A stretch of DNA of 57,622 nucleotides from Gemmatimonadales bacterium (GCA_035559335.1 DATMBH010000075.1:1-57622); one strand, 5' to 3'; shown: positions 38,210 through 50,450, counted from the stretch's first letter. Numbers and translations are program-made. The notes: generated by a model not told the origin, from the sequence alone.

Positions 38210-38753
38210 AGATCGTCCCAGACAGCGCCCCGGCGGCGGCCTCATGGCCTGCGGCCGCCATGCCGAGGGCCGTGGCCAAGGCGGACCGGGCAGTAGACTC
38301 CGGGTCAATGTCATCGCGAAAGAAACCGCGGCGCTGGCCCTCCGACAGGATTGCCGCCAGGACCCTGACCATAGCCGTGCGCCAGGCTGCAACCGCGCTA
38401 GCCGCTGCGCGGGGGAAATCACCATCTGAATCGCGCTGCGCGAGAATCGCTACCGTGCCTGGATAACGCACGGCGCCAGCTTCAATGTGTTCGAGCGAAC
38501 GACGGAGAGCCTCTGGGGGGCTGAGACCGGGGTCCAGGTGGGGCGTTAGGGCCTCCAGCAGGCTGGGAAGCGTGGCGCTGAACAAGCCTTCCTTGGAGCC
38601 GAAGTAGTGAAACGGGAGCTGCTTGTTCACCCCGGCCAGCTCAGCGATGCGCTCCATGCGGGCGCCGCGGTAGCCGGAGCTGCCGAAATCGCGCCGGGCT
38701 GCCGCTATGATTTCCGAACGGCGATCGCGGGGAGAACCGCGCCTGCCAACCAT
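38184..38753 (-). CDS. TetR/AcrR family transcriptional regulator
   Basis: HTH region SEIIAAARRDFGSSGYRGARMERIAELAGVNKQLPFHYF. ATG start at 38753. Confidence 0.8.
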   Translation of the reverse strand: MVGRRGSPRDRRSEIIAAARRDFGSSGYRGARMERIAELAGVNKQLPFHYFGSKEGLFSATLPSLLEALTPHLDPGLSPPEALRRSLEHIEAGAVRYPGTVAILAQRDSDGDFPRAAASAVAAWRTAMVRVLAAILSEGQRRGFFRDDIDPESTARSALATALGMAAAGHEAAAGALSGTIYAEHCSWR

Positions 38754-38762
38754 TTGGTTGAC

Positions 38763-38768
38763 ACAATA
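38763..38768 (-). promoter_or_regulatory. -10-like hexamer TATTGT, 9 nt upstream of the TetR ATG
   Basis: The minus strand reads gaCTATTGT-gtcaaccaa-ATG. Confidence 0.3.
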
Positions 38769-38813
38769 GTCGGTCCCCCGGGCTCGGTCAACCGCTCCGG
38801 GGTCGAGGTCCCG

Positions 38814-41573
<2,760 letters not shown>

Positions 41574-41583
41574 GGCGTCCGTG

Positions 41584-41937
41584 TTAGCTGAAGACGGAAT
41601 CGTCGGTGCGAGCTTCCGCAAACGCCTGACTGACGGCCTCCACGTGCGCACGCAGGCGCTCGACCTCGGCGCTGCTAGGGGCCGAACCCGAAGCGAGCAT
41701 GGCCCGGGCATCCTGTTCGCCGGCCCGCGCCCTCTCCGTGACGACCGGAAGGCCATAAGAACCACCCGAGCCTGCCAGGCGGTGAAGCAGTCTCTCCAGG
41801 TTGCGCAGTCCGTCCATGTCGCCGGATTCGAGGCGCTGCAATTCGGCGCGAAGTTCTGCGACCCGCGTGGGAGCCTCGCTGAGGTAGTCCTGGCGAAGCG
41901 CCCGCAGCGCGTTGATGAGCCTTTCGTCGTCGCTCAC
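41584..41937 (-). CDS. stand-alone Hpt (histidine phosphotransfer) domain protein
   Basis: 117 aa, four-helix-like. Phospho-His context LLHRLAGSGGSYGL resembles the Hpt HxLKGSxxxxG motif. 10-nt gap to the M14 gene; 4-nt overlap with the upstream regulator. Confidence 0.6.
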   Translation of the reverse strand: MSDDERLINALRALRQDYLSEAPTRVAELRAELQRLESGDMDGLRNLERLLHRLAGSGGSYGLPVVTERARAGEQDARAMLASGSAPSSAEVERLRAHVEAVSQAFAEARTDDSVFS

Positions 41938-42650
41938 GCGGTCAGCATCCCTCCGCTCGCAAGCTCCCTTCGAACCAGGTGCCTGAGGAACGCCGTGACA
42001 CCCGGCGTTTCAACTGCCGCGCCACTGGCTGACACCTGGCCAGTGATTGTGCCCACTACCGCGCTAGCGCTGGATCCCGCCACCAGGACCGGTAGCCCTC
42101 CCCAGCGCCTCAACAGATCTTGCTGGTCTGCCTCACGGACCACCGCTCCGACCGGAGCTGGAGTGCCGAGTGCGAGGGCTGCAACCGCGACGCCCCTTCT
42201 GCGCGCGCGGTCGGTTGCCGTGTTGACTTCGCTCGCCCACGGTCCCGTGATAACAAGAAGCTCCATCTGCTCTCGTTCAGCAACCTCGGAGGCCAACTCC
42301 AGAAGTTGCGCCGCCGTGGCGATGGCGCCAGGTCCGGCTGCACCGCCCTCGCTAGAGGGCGCTTCGGCGCGGATCGCCGCCAGCTGTCGCTGGAGCTGGT
42401 CGAGGTTTCTTCGCGCCTCTGCTTCCAGGGACCGCACGAGCTCATCAGGGGCTACCGCGCAGTAGCGACTGGGCGATGAGCCGAGCTTTCGCGCCGCCCC
42501 ACGCCTGACAAGCCCTTCCAGCGCATGATACACATTTGCCCGTGCCAACCTCAGGTTGTTGGCAATGGCATAACCTGTAGTCACACCAAGCTTTAGAAGC
42601 GAGACGTAGACCCGCGACTCGGTCGGAGTGAAGCCGAAGCGCTCAAGCAC
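41934..42650 (-). CDS. TrmB-like transcriptional regulator
   Basis: N-terminal winged HTH (LERFGFTPTESRVYVSLLKLGVTTGYAIANNLRLARANVYHALEGLVRRG), coiled linker, then a C-terminal domain. GTG start. Confidence 0.7.
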   Translation of the reverse strand: MLERFGFTPTESRVYVSLLKLGVTTGYAIANNLRLARANVYHALEGLVRRGAARKLGSSPSRYCAVAPDELVRSLEAEARRNLDQLQRQLAAIRAEAPSSEGGAAGPGAIATAAQLLELASEVAEREQMELLVITGPWASEVNTATDRARRRGVAVAALALGTPAPVGAVVREADQQDLLRRWGGLPVLVAGSSASAVVGTITGQVSASGAAVETPGVTAFLRHLVRRELASGGMLTA

Positions 42651-42653
42651 AAT

Positions 42654-42676
42654 GTGGTAGTTTGGCTCACTACCAC
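42654..42676. promoter_or_regulatory. inverted repeat GTGGTAG-N9-CTACCAC immediately upstream of the TrmB-like gene
   Basis: 7-bp perfect arms (42654-42660 / 42670-42676). Lies 3 nt upstream of the regulator's GTG and 17 nt downstream of the preceding gene's stop. Confidence 0.3.
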
Positions 42677-42693
42677 CATGGCGTCAAGACTAG

Positions 42694-43836
42694 CTAGGTT
42701 TGCGTGAGCTCCCAGCCGGCCAGACGAGCAATAAGAGCCATTCGAAATGTTACGTCCGTTTGCCTGGATTCCGGCTTCTTCGAATCTCCATCCAGCGGGA
42801 ACATGTGATAGGCCCAGGGCGAGGGAGACCTGGGCAGGCCACGGAGCCCCTTGGGGTGCCACACGCCGTCCCTGTCGCAGTCCTTGACCAACCGGGCCCA
42901 GACTTTGGCGGCGGCCTGAGAAGCCGACAGCAGCCCCAGCCGAGCGAGGATCTCCATCCAGTAGAGCGCAAATGGAAGGTCGTCGCACTGGCCCGATGCG
43001 GTCACGTGTATCGGCTCCCCCAACACGAAAGACGTCACCTTCAAAGACTTCTTTCCGGCCTGTACCACAAACGCCTTCTTGCTGGCCGGAGTCGTCAGGT
43101 ACTGGCCGAGGCGCTCCACGAGGCCGGCGCGCTCACGTTGAACAGCTGGCAGGTATGCTAGGAGTGACACTGAGAAAACAGACGGAGGATACGCCAGGGG
43201 GTTGAGGGCCCAACTCTTGCCGCTTCGCACAAATGGGTTCGCTGCCAGTTCTCCCCGGATAAAGGCGGAGACTTCATTGAGGATCTTGTGGGCCGCGCCC
43301 CTGATCCGCGGGTCCTCGCCGTAGCCACCGTGAGCAAGCGCGGCTGTCGCCGCCTCGCGCAGCATGATGCGTACCCAGGGCTCGGTGCCGGGCTCATGGT
43401 CGTCGTAGCGGGCGAACTCGAACAGAAGCGAAGGGTCCTCATCGCGCGATACCAGGCGGAACAATAGCCGTGAGGCGAGCTTCAAGCTGCGCGAGTCCCG
43501 CGAGACGGCGAGTTCAACCAGGCGGCGGTACTGCGGTATGGTGCCTACGTCTTTGACTCCCGCCGTCTTGCTGGGTGAGGTGCCAAGCAGGTTGCCTCCC
43601 CAGGCGCCGGTGTCCTTCTGCTTCTTAACAATCGCACGAACGGCTGGAGAGGACTCGATCTGCTCTCGCAACGAGTCGAGCGCGGCCTGGTCGAGCAGGC
43701 CGGGGAAGATCTCCGTCGCGAGCCGGTAGCGGATGGAAGGGCCGGCGTGGGTCATCAGCCAGCTCACGGGCACGCGGTGTGACGCCGGGGTGTTCAGAAA
43801 GGCCTCCTCGGGACGGACCTTTGCGGTAGTGCCCAA
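42694..43836 (-). CDS. hypothetical protein (380 aa)
   Basis: Protein-like composition; no family recognised. KKQKDTGAWGGNL and DRDGVWHP loosely resemble QW-type repeats of alpha/alpha-toroid (terpenoid cyclase/prenyltransferase-like) folds. Start is TTG 43836 or a downstream ATG. Confidence 0.5.
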   Translation of the reverse strand: MGTTAKVRPEEAFLNTPASHRVPVSWLMTHAGPSIRYRLATEIFPGLLDQAALDSLREQIESSPAVRAIVKKQKDTGAWGGNLLGTSPSKTAGVKDVGTIPQYRRLVELAVSRDSRSLKLASRLLFRLVSRDEDPSLLFEFARYDDHEPGTEPWVRIMLREAATAALAHGGYGEDPRIRGAAHKILNEVSAFIRGELAANPFVRSGKSWALNPLAYPPSVFSVSLLAYLPAVQRERAGLVERLGQYLTTPASKKAFVVQAGKKSLKVTSFVLGEPIHVTASGQCDDLPFALYWMEILARLGLLSASQAAAKVWARLVKDCDRDGVWHPKGLRGLPRSPSPWAYHMFPLDGDSKKPESRQTDVTFRMALIARLAGWELTQT

Positions 43837-43872
43837 ACGGCGGGCAAACTTACGTGGTGGCCTACCCTTGGT

Positions 43873-44742
43873 CTAGTGCAGGGACCTCACGAACTGTGTA
43901 ATTACTGTCGCTACAGTGTCGGGTCGCTCGATGTGAGGACGGTGCCATGCCCGTGCAACTTCCACCAGCCTGGCTCGAGGAAGTGTGGCTTCGAGCATAC
44001 GGCCCCCGCTAATCGGGAACAGCTGGTCATAGGAGCCCCAGATCAGCAAGACCGGGATCCGTAGTTGCTGGCGCCGCTCGGGCGTCAGGTAGGCGAAGTC
44101 AAACTCACGAAGCACGGCGGCGAGAGAGGCCCGATATGCGGGGTCGTCGCCCGGGATGTAGGTGAGCGCCGAGGACGGCTCGGCAAGCCAGGCGGGATCG
44201 TGCGGCGGGGAAAAGCGAGTGCGCAGGGCCTCGTAGTGGGCGATCGCGGCACGGACCCGTTCGATGGCTGCCTCACGGCTGCTTTGGTCGGGAATCACGC
44301 CGGGCGCTGAGACCACCGCGGGAGCAATCAACACCAACGCCCGGACGCGGTCGGGAGCCAGCAGTGCCGCTGCGCTCGCCACGGCGCCGCCCAGCGAGTG
44401 ACCGACAAGCACCGCGCGGTCCATTTGTAGCTGGCTGAGAGCTTCAAGGACGTCGCGGGCCAGCGTCTCCGTGTCGTAACCCGAGTCCGGTTTGCTGGAC
44501 AGGCCGAAGCCACGGAGATCCAGTGCAACCACCTCCGCGGTTTGCGCCAGGCGGTCGAAGATCGCGCGCCACGACACGAGTGACTCGCCGTATCCGTGCA
44601 GTAGAAGGACCGACGGGCCGTGGCCGGCGCGCACGGCACGGAGGTTCACATCGTTCCGGAGCCGCAGTAGCGTTGCTTCGTGCGCGGGCAGCGCGTCGCG
44701 CCGGTGCGACGTGGTGACCAGCGCCGAGGCCGCGGCGGTCAC
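43873..44742 (-). CDS. alpha/beta hydrolase
   Basis: LLLHGYGES, nucleophile elbow GHSLGG, C-terminal WHRPHIERP. Confidence 0.8.
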   Translation of the reverse strand: MTAAASALVTTSHRRDALPAHEATLLRLRNDVNLRAVRAGHGPSVLLLHGYGESLVSWRAIFDRLAQTAEVVALDLRGFGLSSKPDSGYDTETLARDVLEALSQLQMDRAVLVGHSLGGAVASAAALLAPDRVRALVLIAPAVVSAPGVIPDQSSREAAIERVRAAIAHYEALRTRFSPPHDPAWLAEPSSALTYIPGDDPAYRASLAAVLREFDFAYLTPERRQQLRIPVLLIWGSYDQLFPISGGRMLEATLPRARLVEVARAWHRPHIERPDTVATVITQFVRSLH

Positions 44743-44777
44743 GAGTAGCGCGGTCGCGAAGCGCGTGAGGAGCCGCG

Positions 44778-45677
44778 TCAGCGCAGCGGCTCCACCTGGA
44801 ACCGGAGCCGCTGGATGATGGCGTGTCCGCGCGTCCCCCGCTCCGAACCGAGGACCAGCTCGTCGCGGGCGCCGAAGGTGATCGCCTCGCCCTGGCTCTC
44901 GACCACCGGAATCGCTACCCCGGCGGACTGAGTGAGTGGTACGGCGGTGCTGCGCAACCGATAGGCGTGGAGCGACACGTAGGTCCGGGTCACAAGCAAC
45001 TCACCGTCCGCCGAAAGGGCAGCTCCGGTGACCTGTCGCCCAACGGCTGCGTTGGCGGTCATGGGAAGCTGGGTGACGGCATCGAGCACTACGGGCATTC
45101 GCGATGGCGCGGCGCTGGCGCGAAACAGCACTGGCGGATCGAACAGCTCCTTGGTTACCACGGCCAGCCAGCCTGATTCCGATACCACAAGGCCCTCGGC
45201 GTTGCGGGGCCGGTCAGGGTAGCGCAGTTCTAGCACATCCAGCACCGAAACCCTACCCCGAGCTCCAGCACCCGGCGGCTCCGGCAGTGGGACGCGGTAA
45301 ACCTGGATCGAACCGCGGTTGGCGGAGTTGTCGCCAATGTCGGCGATATAGAGGCAGCGGCCCGGTCTGCTGAAGCAGGGTCCCTGGTCGAGGTCCTCCC
45401 AGTCGATGTTGGTTGCCCCCGCTACGAGCACTGATCCCAGGTCCTGACCCGCCGAATCCAGCGCGAAAAGCAGGGGCTCGTTGCCAGAGTCGTTGACACC
45501 CCAGTAGACGCCGCGGCGATCCGAGGGCGCGAGCCCGGACAGCTCTCCGAGTTCCGCGGCGGCAATGACCGCCGTGTCCACCAGGCTGACGCGCAAACCT
45601 GCCTGGCTGGAGGAGCTAGATCCGAGCGCTAGGACGGCCGCGGCGAGGGAGGCGGCGGCCAGGGTACGTCCGGCCAT
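44778..45677 (-). CDS. secreted hypothetical protein (possible beta-propeller)
   Basis: Start at ATG 45677 gives a signal-like MAGRTLAAASLAAAVLALGSSSSSQAG. NIDWEDLDQGPC...LYIADIGDNSANRGSIQVYRV context recurs in uncharacterised secreted proteins. Confidence 0.55.
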   Translation of the reverse strand: MAGRTLAAASLAAAVLALGSSSSSQAGLRVSLVDTAVIAAAELGELSGLAPSDRRGVYWGVNDSGNEPLLFALDSAGQDLGSVLVAGATNIDWEDLDQGPCFSRPGRCLYIADIGDNSANRGSIQVYRVPLPEPPGAGARGRVSVLDVLELRYPDRPRNAEGLVVSESGWLAVVTKELFDPPVLFRASAAPSRMPVVLDAVTQLPMTANAAVGRQVTGAALSADGELLVTRTYVSLHAYRLRSTAVPLTQSAGVAIPVVESQGEAITFGARDELVLGSERGTRGHAIIQRLRFQVEPLR

Positions 45678-45684
45678 GGTCGCA

Positions 45685-45690
45685 ATTATA
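45685..45690 (-). promoter_or_regulatory. consensus -10 hexamer TATAAT, 7 nt upstream of the ATG at 45677
   Basis: The minus strand reads TATAAT-tgcgacc-ATG. TTGTGG lies 16 bp upstream as a possible -35. Confidence 0.45.
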
Positions 45691-45754
45691 TCTGGCGCGG
45701 GCCGTGCCACAAATCCTTGCCGCCGCCACCTGCGCCTATCCATCATTCAGGCAT

Positions 45755-47785
45755 ATGAAGAGTGGACTGCTGAACCGGAGGATCACCCGCCGGCCTACCG
45801 CGGTGCGCCTGCAGGGCCGGATTCTGTATCTGACCGAGGATCCGGCGCTGGTCAAATCGCAGCTCGACGGGCAGGACCTGGACTGGACTCCCGCGATCAA
45901 GCTGCGCGACAACATCTCCACCGACGAGATCACACCGGCCTACATCTGCTACTACTTCGATGAGACCCTCGGCGAATTTCCGTACCTAGGCTTCAAGGCC
46001 GGCGACCAATTTCCAATTACGCGGGGGAGCGTTAGGCGCGGCGGGTTCGTGGCGTCGGTAGCTGGCAAGCGGCGCGGTAAGGGCAGTTCGCGCGAGCAGT
46101 CGCCATACGCCGAGATGTGCGCCGGCATAAAGCTCGTCGTCGGCGAGAGCATCGAGCGTATCTACAGGGAGAACTGTCAGAACCTCGGCATTCTGACCAC
46201 GACTGACTTCTCGGTTCTGGAGCGAGTGAAGGCCGGTGAGGAGATTCCGCTGTCGGTGTTCACCGAGGGGGAAGGACAGATCACGCGGGACATCATCGAG
46301 TTCGGCGGGCTCTTCAACTACAACGTCGCGCGGCTGCAGGGCGTCGTGACCGCTCCGGTCGCCCAGACCGCGCGGCGTCCGATGACCATCGCGGAGAAGA
46401 TCTTCGCGCGTCACTGGGTGGTGGATGCCGCCGCCGGGAGAATCGGCGTTCCGGCCGTGCAGCCGGGCGACGAGGGTTTCTTCCAGACCGACATCCGTTT
46501 CAGTCACGAGTACGTCACCCCTATGGCGGCGATCTTCTTCGAGCAGCTGGTCGGAGCGGACGAGCCGCTGAACGACCCGTCCAGCATCTTCTTCTTCCGC
46601 GACCATCTGACGTTCCTGGACCAGGTGATGCGTCAGGAGCACCGCGACATGGGTCTACTCGATGTCGCGGCGGAGCTGGAACGCAAGCAGCGTGAGTTCG
46701 CGGCGGCCAAGGGTGTGCGGCTGTACGGCCAGCTGGAGCGGCGACTGAACCTGACCGGGGCGCTCCCGGCGGCCGGCTCCGAGGCAATATGTCACTCGAA
46801 GATCCTCGAGGCCCACGCGTTACCCGGCCAGTTGATCATCGGCTCCGACTCGCACACGCCGCACGCGGGGGCTATCGGCTGCATCGCGTTCGGCGTCGGG
46901 ACGACCGCGATCTTCAACAGCTGGATCACGCGCGATGTCAGGGTGCAGGTTCCTCCCTCGTTCAAGGTCGTGGTTCGCGGCCGGAAGCCGGCGAACGTCA
47001 CGGCCAAGGACTTCATGCTGCAGATCCTGCGCCATCCGTACGTCAGGGACGGCCAGGCCATCGGCCAGATCGTTGAGTATGCTGGCGAGGCCGTCGAGGC
47101 GCTCAGCGTCGATGAACGGGCGACGATGACGAACATGGCAGCCGAGGTCGGCGCCTTCACCGGAATAATCGCGCCTGACGAGAAGACGGTTGACTATCTG
47201 GTCGCGCAGCGCGGAATGGAGCGCGCCGAGGCCGAGCGGCTTTGCGAGGGGCTGGCGTCGGACCCGGACGCCGAGTACGTGGAGGTCATCGAGATAGATG
47301 CCTCGAGTCTGAAGCCAATGATCGCCTTGCCCGGGGACCCGGGAAACGGCCTCTTCATCGACGAGCTGGGCGGTGAGGTAAGGGTAGACATCGCGTACGC
47401 CGGCTCTTGCACGGCGGGCAAAAAGGAAGACATGGACATGTATGCCCGCGTTTTCAAGGCAGGACTGGAACGCGGACGCAGGGTGGCCGAAGGAGTGACA
47501 TGCTACATCCAGTGCGGATCGCGTGAGGTGTTCGAGTACTGTCGTGAGCGCGGATACGACCAGGTGTTCGCGGACGTGGGGGCCGTCTTTATCGAGCCGT
47601 CGTGTGGCGCGTGCATCAACGCCGGACCGGGGGTCTCGCGGAAGCCGACTGACGTCACCATTTCCGCGATAAACCGGAACTTCCCCGGACGCAGCGGTCC
47701 TGGACAGCTCTACCTGGCCTCTCCCTACACGGTCGCGGCCTCGGCTCTGGCCGGGAAGATCGTGGCATGGGAGGGCGAGGGGTGA
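45755..47785 (+). CDS. aconitase-family hydro-lyase with N-terminal swivel (LeuD-like) domain fused to the catalytic (LeuC-like) domains
   Basis: ATG at 45755. DNISTDEITPA swivel-domain motif near the N-terminus, then GSDSHTPHAGAIGCIAFGVGTT, AGSCTAGKKEDM, PSCGACINAG Fe-S/catalytic contexts. Confidence 0.8.
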   Translation: MKSGLLNRRITRRPTAVRLQGRILYLTEDPALVKSQLDGQDLDWTPAIKLRDNISTDEITPAYICYYFDETLGEFPYLGFKAGDQFPITRGSVRRGGFVASVAGKRRGKGSSREQSPYAEMCAGIKLVVGESIERIYRENCQNLGILTTTDFSVLERVKAGEEIPLSVFTEGEGQITRDIIEFGGLFNYNVARLQGVVTAPVAQTARRPMTIAEKIFARHWVVDAAAGRIGVPAVQPGDEGFFQTDIRFSHEYVTPMAAIFFEQLVGADEPLNDPSSIFFFRDHLTFLDQVMRQEHRDMGLLDVAAELERKQREFAAAKGVRLYGQLERRLNLTGALPAAGSEAICHSKILEAHALPGQLIIGSDSHTPHAGAIGCIAFGVGTTAIFNSWITRDVRVQVPPSFKVVVRGRKPANVTAKDFMLQILRHPYVRDGQAIGQIVEYAGEAVEALSVDERATMTNMAAEVGAFTGIIAPDEKTVDYLVAQRGMERAEAERLCEGLASDPDAEYVEVIEIDASSLKPMIALPGDPGNGLFIDELGGEVRVDIAYAGSCTAGKKEDMDMYARVFKAGLERGRRVAEGVTCYIQCGSREVFEYCRERGYDQVFADVGAVFIEPSCGACINAGPGVSRKPTDVTISAINRNFPGRSGPGQLYLASPYTVAASALAGKIVAWEGEG

Positions 47786-47813
47786 TTACCCCCCCGGGAG
47801 AGGGCTTCCATCG

Positions 47814-47819
47814 TATATT
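47814..47819 (+). promoter_or_regulatory. -10-like hexamer TATATT, 6 nt upstream of the ArsR ATG
   Basis: TATATT-cccgat-ATG. No SD-like sequence in between. Confidence 0.35.
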
Positions 47820-47825
47820 CCCGAT

Positions 47826-48113
47826 ATGTCAACTTCGACCCTTGACGCCGGAATCCGCCTCGCCCGGCTGTGCAAGGCTCTGGCGCATCCGGCCCGGATT
47901 CAGATCCTGCGGTACCTCAAGTCCCGGCGTGGCGAGTGCACCTGCGGCGAAATCGTGGACCAGCTGCCGCTGGCGCAGAGCACCGTTTCACAGCACCTCA
48001 GGGTTCTGAAGGAAGCGGGCTTGATCCAGGGCGAGATAGACCGTCCGCGGGTGTGCTACTGCCTGGACGAACAGGCACTGGAGGATTTGAAGCGGGCCGT
48101 CGCGTCCCTGTAG
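47826..48113 (+). CDS. ArsR/SmtB family metalloregulator
   Basis: 95 aa. LAHPARIQILRYL, CTCGEIVDQLPLAQSTVSQHLRVLKEAGLI (CxC in the alpha3 position). Confidence 0.85.
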   Translation: MSTSTLDAGIRLARLCKALAHPARIQILRYLKSRRGECTCGEIVDQLPLAQSTVSQHLRVLKEAGLIQGEIDRPRVCYCLDEQALEDLKRAVASL

Positions 48114-48115
48114 TA

Positions 48116-50425
48116 TCACCTGGCGGCGGTCCTGATAGCGTTGAATATCAGCGGGTAGGTGGCCTGGCTCTGGCCGCGATACTGGGGCCGGAACCCGAAT
48201 AGGATGACCCGTCCACGGCCGCGCCGCACCTCAAGCAGCGCTCCCCGACCGGCCACGTGGCTGGCGCCGAGCACCCAGCCCGAAAGAAGCACAGCGCCGG
48301 GATCCGTCGGGTATCGCCCAATTACCGTGACGCGCGTTGGGTCGCGAACCTCGAAAGCGGGTCCTTCCTCGAACCAGGCAACGCTAGCCGGATCGAGACC
48401 CGCCGCAATGGCGTGGGTGGTGTCCAGTTCGAGCCGGAAGATCGAGCCAGGCGCGTAGAACTCGCGCGGCGAAGCCGCAGCCAGCACGTCCGTCACGGGA
48501 AGATCGAGTGCGCCGATCGCGAACTGCGAAGCCTGGTTGAACGTGATCAACGTGCCGCCGTCGTCCACGAACTCGCGCAGTGCCGCTACACCGGCGGTGC
48601 CGATTCCACCCGAATAGGCAGCCGGGTAGCGCCGCGGGCTCAGTCCGTCGAGGATCTGCCGCGGCGACTGGTCGGGGATGATGACTGCATCGAACTGGGC
48701 CGACAGGCCTCCAGCCCTGATCACCGAGTCGGTCACGGGAGTGTAGGGCACGCCCCAGGTGTCGAAGACCCAGCGCGTCCAGCCCTCATCGATCGATGCG
48801 GCCCACGACCGGTACAGGCCCACACGCGCGCGCGCGCGGCCGTTGCTAATCTGCGCGCGCATAACGGGTGGATCGACCCTGACCGGCGCCGACAGGTTGA
48901 CCGGGAGCGATTCGCGTACGGCGAGAACCCTGACACCAAGCAGCAGCGGGAGCGTGTGCGCGGTAACGTCGTAGGGCGAGCGCGGGGGGCCCCCGGGATA
49001 CTCGCGCAGGTCCGGATAATGCTGTCGCTCGAGCAGCGCTTTGGCGAACGCCGCGTACGGCTGCCTGAGCGAGACTACGTACACACCCGGTGAGAGCCGC
49101 TCGCCGCCGACCACAACCGGATTCAGCGCCTGGCGCACCTCCACCTGCCCGCGACGCAGGATTTCCAGCAGCGTTCGCAGCGCAGTTTCGTTCTGGTTCG
49201 CCGTAGGAATAACGTAACCCCACGGCCAGCCGTCCCAGCCTCTGGTGGCGTGCTCCAGCACGCGGAAGGACGTGCGACGCCACTGCTCCGCGTGGCGTGC
49301 CACGTGGTCGAGCATCGCCATCGCGCCCGCGGTCTGGTATCGGATGATGTCCGCCAGTGTCCAGCGCCCACCTGGCCAGGGCGCGACGAAGTTCCACGAG
49401 GCGGTCCGCGGCTCGAATCCGCGCCCGGTCCTGAGACTTTCTGGGGTCAAGGTGATCGAGGTGGCGAGTTGCGCGCTGGCAGTTTCGGTCAGGATCCGGA
49501 CGGCGCCGTGGTAGTGCTGATAGGCGCGCGCTGGTGTCCAGGCGTCATACGTCGAGTTCACCGATATCCCGGTGAAGCCGTCTAGGGTCATGCGGCGGGC
49601 GATCTCAAGGCCGAGAGCATTGAGGCTCTGGACGATGAGCGGATCGACGTTAGGCTCGACCGGGTCGAGGTAGGGGGGCACGAACATCCGGGCGCCGTAG
49701 GCGCTCTGCTGATGCATGTCCATCGTGACCTGCGGCTTCCAGACGCCGTAGATCGAGTCCACGACCAGTCGGGTCTCGACCTGTGTGAACGCGTACCAGT
49801 CGCGGTTGTTGTCGTGTCCAACGTACGGGTGGTACAGCTCCGGCGGAGCCGTCCCCTCGGATGGGGTGCCCAGGGTCCGGGCATACCAGCGGGAAACGAT
49901 GGTCACGCCGTCGGGATTCAGGGACGGGACCAGTATGACCACGGTCTGGTCGAGTATTGCCAGGTCCTCGGGCGAGCGGGACGTCGCCAGGCGGAAAGCG
50001 ATTTCAATGGGCGAGAAGAAGCCGCCGACTTCCGTGGAATGGATGCTAGAGGTGATCAGGACGAACGTGCGGCCCTGTCTGATGAGGCGCTCGCGCGAGC
50101 GCTGATCCGGTATGGAACGTGGATCGGCGAGCCGCTGCTGAATCGCGCGCAGCGAGTCGAGCCGGGCGAGGTTGCGCGGGCTCGAGATGAATGCGGCAAT
50201 GAAGGGTTGGCCGTTGGTGGTGCGGCCGAGTTCTCTGAGCGTGACGCGGTTGCTAGCTGCGTCGAGTGCTCGGAAGTAGCGGACAATGGTTTCCCATTCG
50301 ACCAGGCGCCGCTCGGTTCCGGGCACAAAGCCGAGCACGGAGGCGGGCTCCGGGACGGGGCGCTGGGCCCGCAGTGGACCCGCAAGGCAAAGGCCGAGTG
50401 ACACAACGGCGGGTATCAGTCGCAT
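48116..50425 (-). CDS. large secreted M14 family zinc carboxypeptidase-like protein (paralogue)
   Basis: Signal peptide MRLIPAVVSLGLCLAGPLRAQ. SSIHSTEVG HxxE motif; LVPSLNPDG. N-terminal about 200 aa align visibly with 38814..41573 (RYFRALDAAS, RLADPR). Confidence 0.75.
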   Translation of the reverse strand: MRLIPAVVSLGLCLAGPLRAQRPVPEPASVLGFVPGTERRLVEWETIVRYFRALDAASNRVTLRELGRTTNGQPFIAAFISSPRNLARLDSLRAIQQRLADPRSIPDQRSRERLIRQGRTFVLITSSIHSTEVGGFFSPIEIAFRLATSRSPEDLAILDQTVVILVPSLNPDGVTIVSRWYARTLGTPSEGTAPPELYHPYVGHDNNRDWYAFTQVETRLVVDSIYGVWKPQVTMDMHQQSAYGARMFVPPYLDPVEPNVDPLIVQSLNALGLEIARRMTLDGFTGISVNSTYDAWTPARAYQHYHGAVRILTETASAQLATSITLTPESLRTGRGFEPRTASWNFVAPWPGGRWTLADIIRYQTAGAMAMLDHVARHAEQWRRTSFRVLEHATRGWDGWPWGYVIPTANQNETALRTLLEILRRGQVEVRQALNPVVVGGERLSPGVYVVSLRQPYAAFAKALLERQHYPDLREYPGGPPRSPYDVTAHTLPLLLGVRVLAVRESLPVNLSAPVRVDPPVMRAQISNGRARARVGLYRSWAASIDEGWTRWVFDTWGVPYTPVTDSVIRAGGLSAQFDAVIIPDQSPRQILDGLSPRRYPAAYSGGIGTAGVAALREFVDDGGTLITFNQASQFAIGALDLPVTDVLAAASPREFYAPGSIFRLELDTTHAIAAGLDPASVAWFEEGPAFEVRDPTRVTVIGRYPTDPGAVLLSGWVLGASHVAGRGALLEVRRGRGRVILFGFRPQYRGQSQATYPLIFNAIRTAAR

Positions 50426-50450
50426 CGATCAGGACCGTCATTTCTGAAGT

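Noticed and set aside
47786-47813. ArsR operator-type inverted repeat upstream of the ArsR gene.
   Set aside because: Only a short imperfect symmetry (ATCG...CGAT) is present, which is not convincing.
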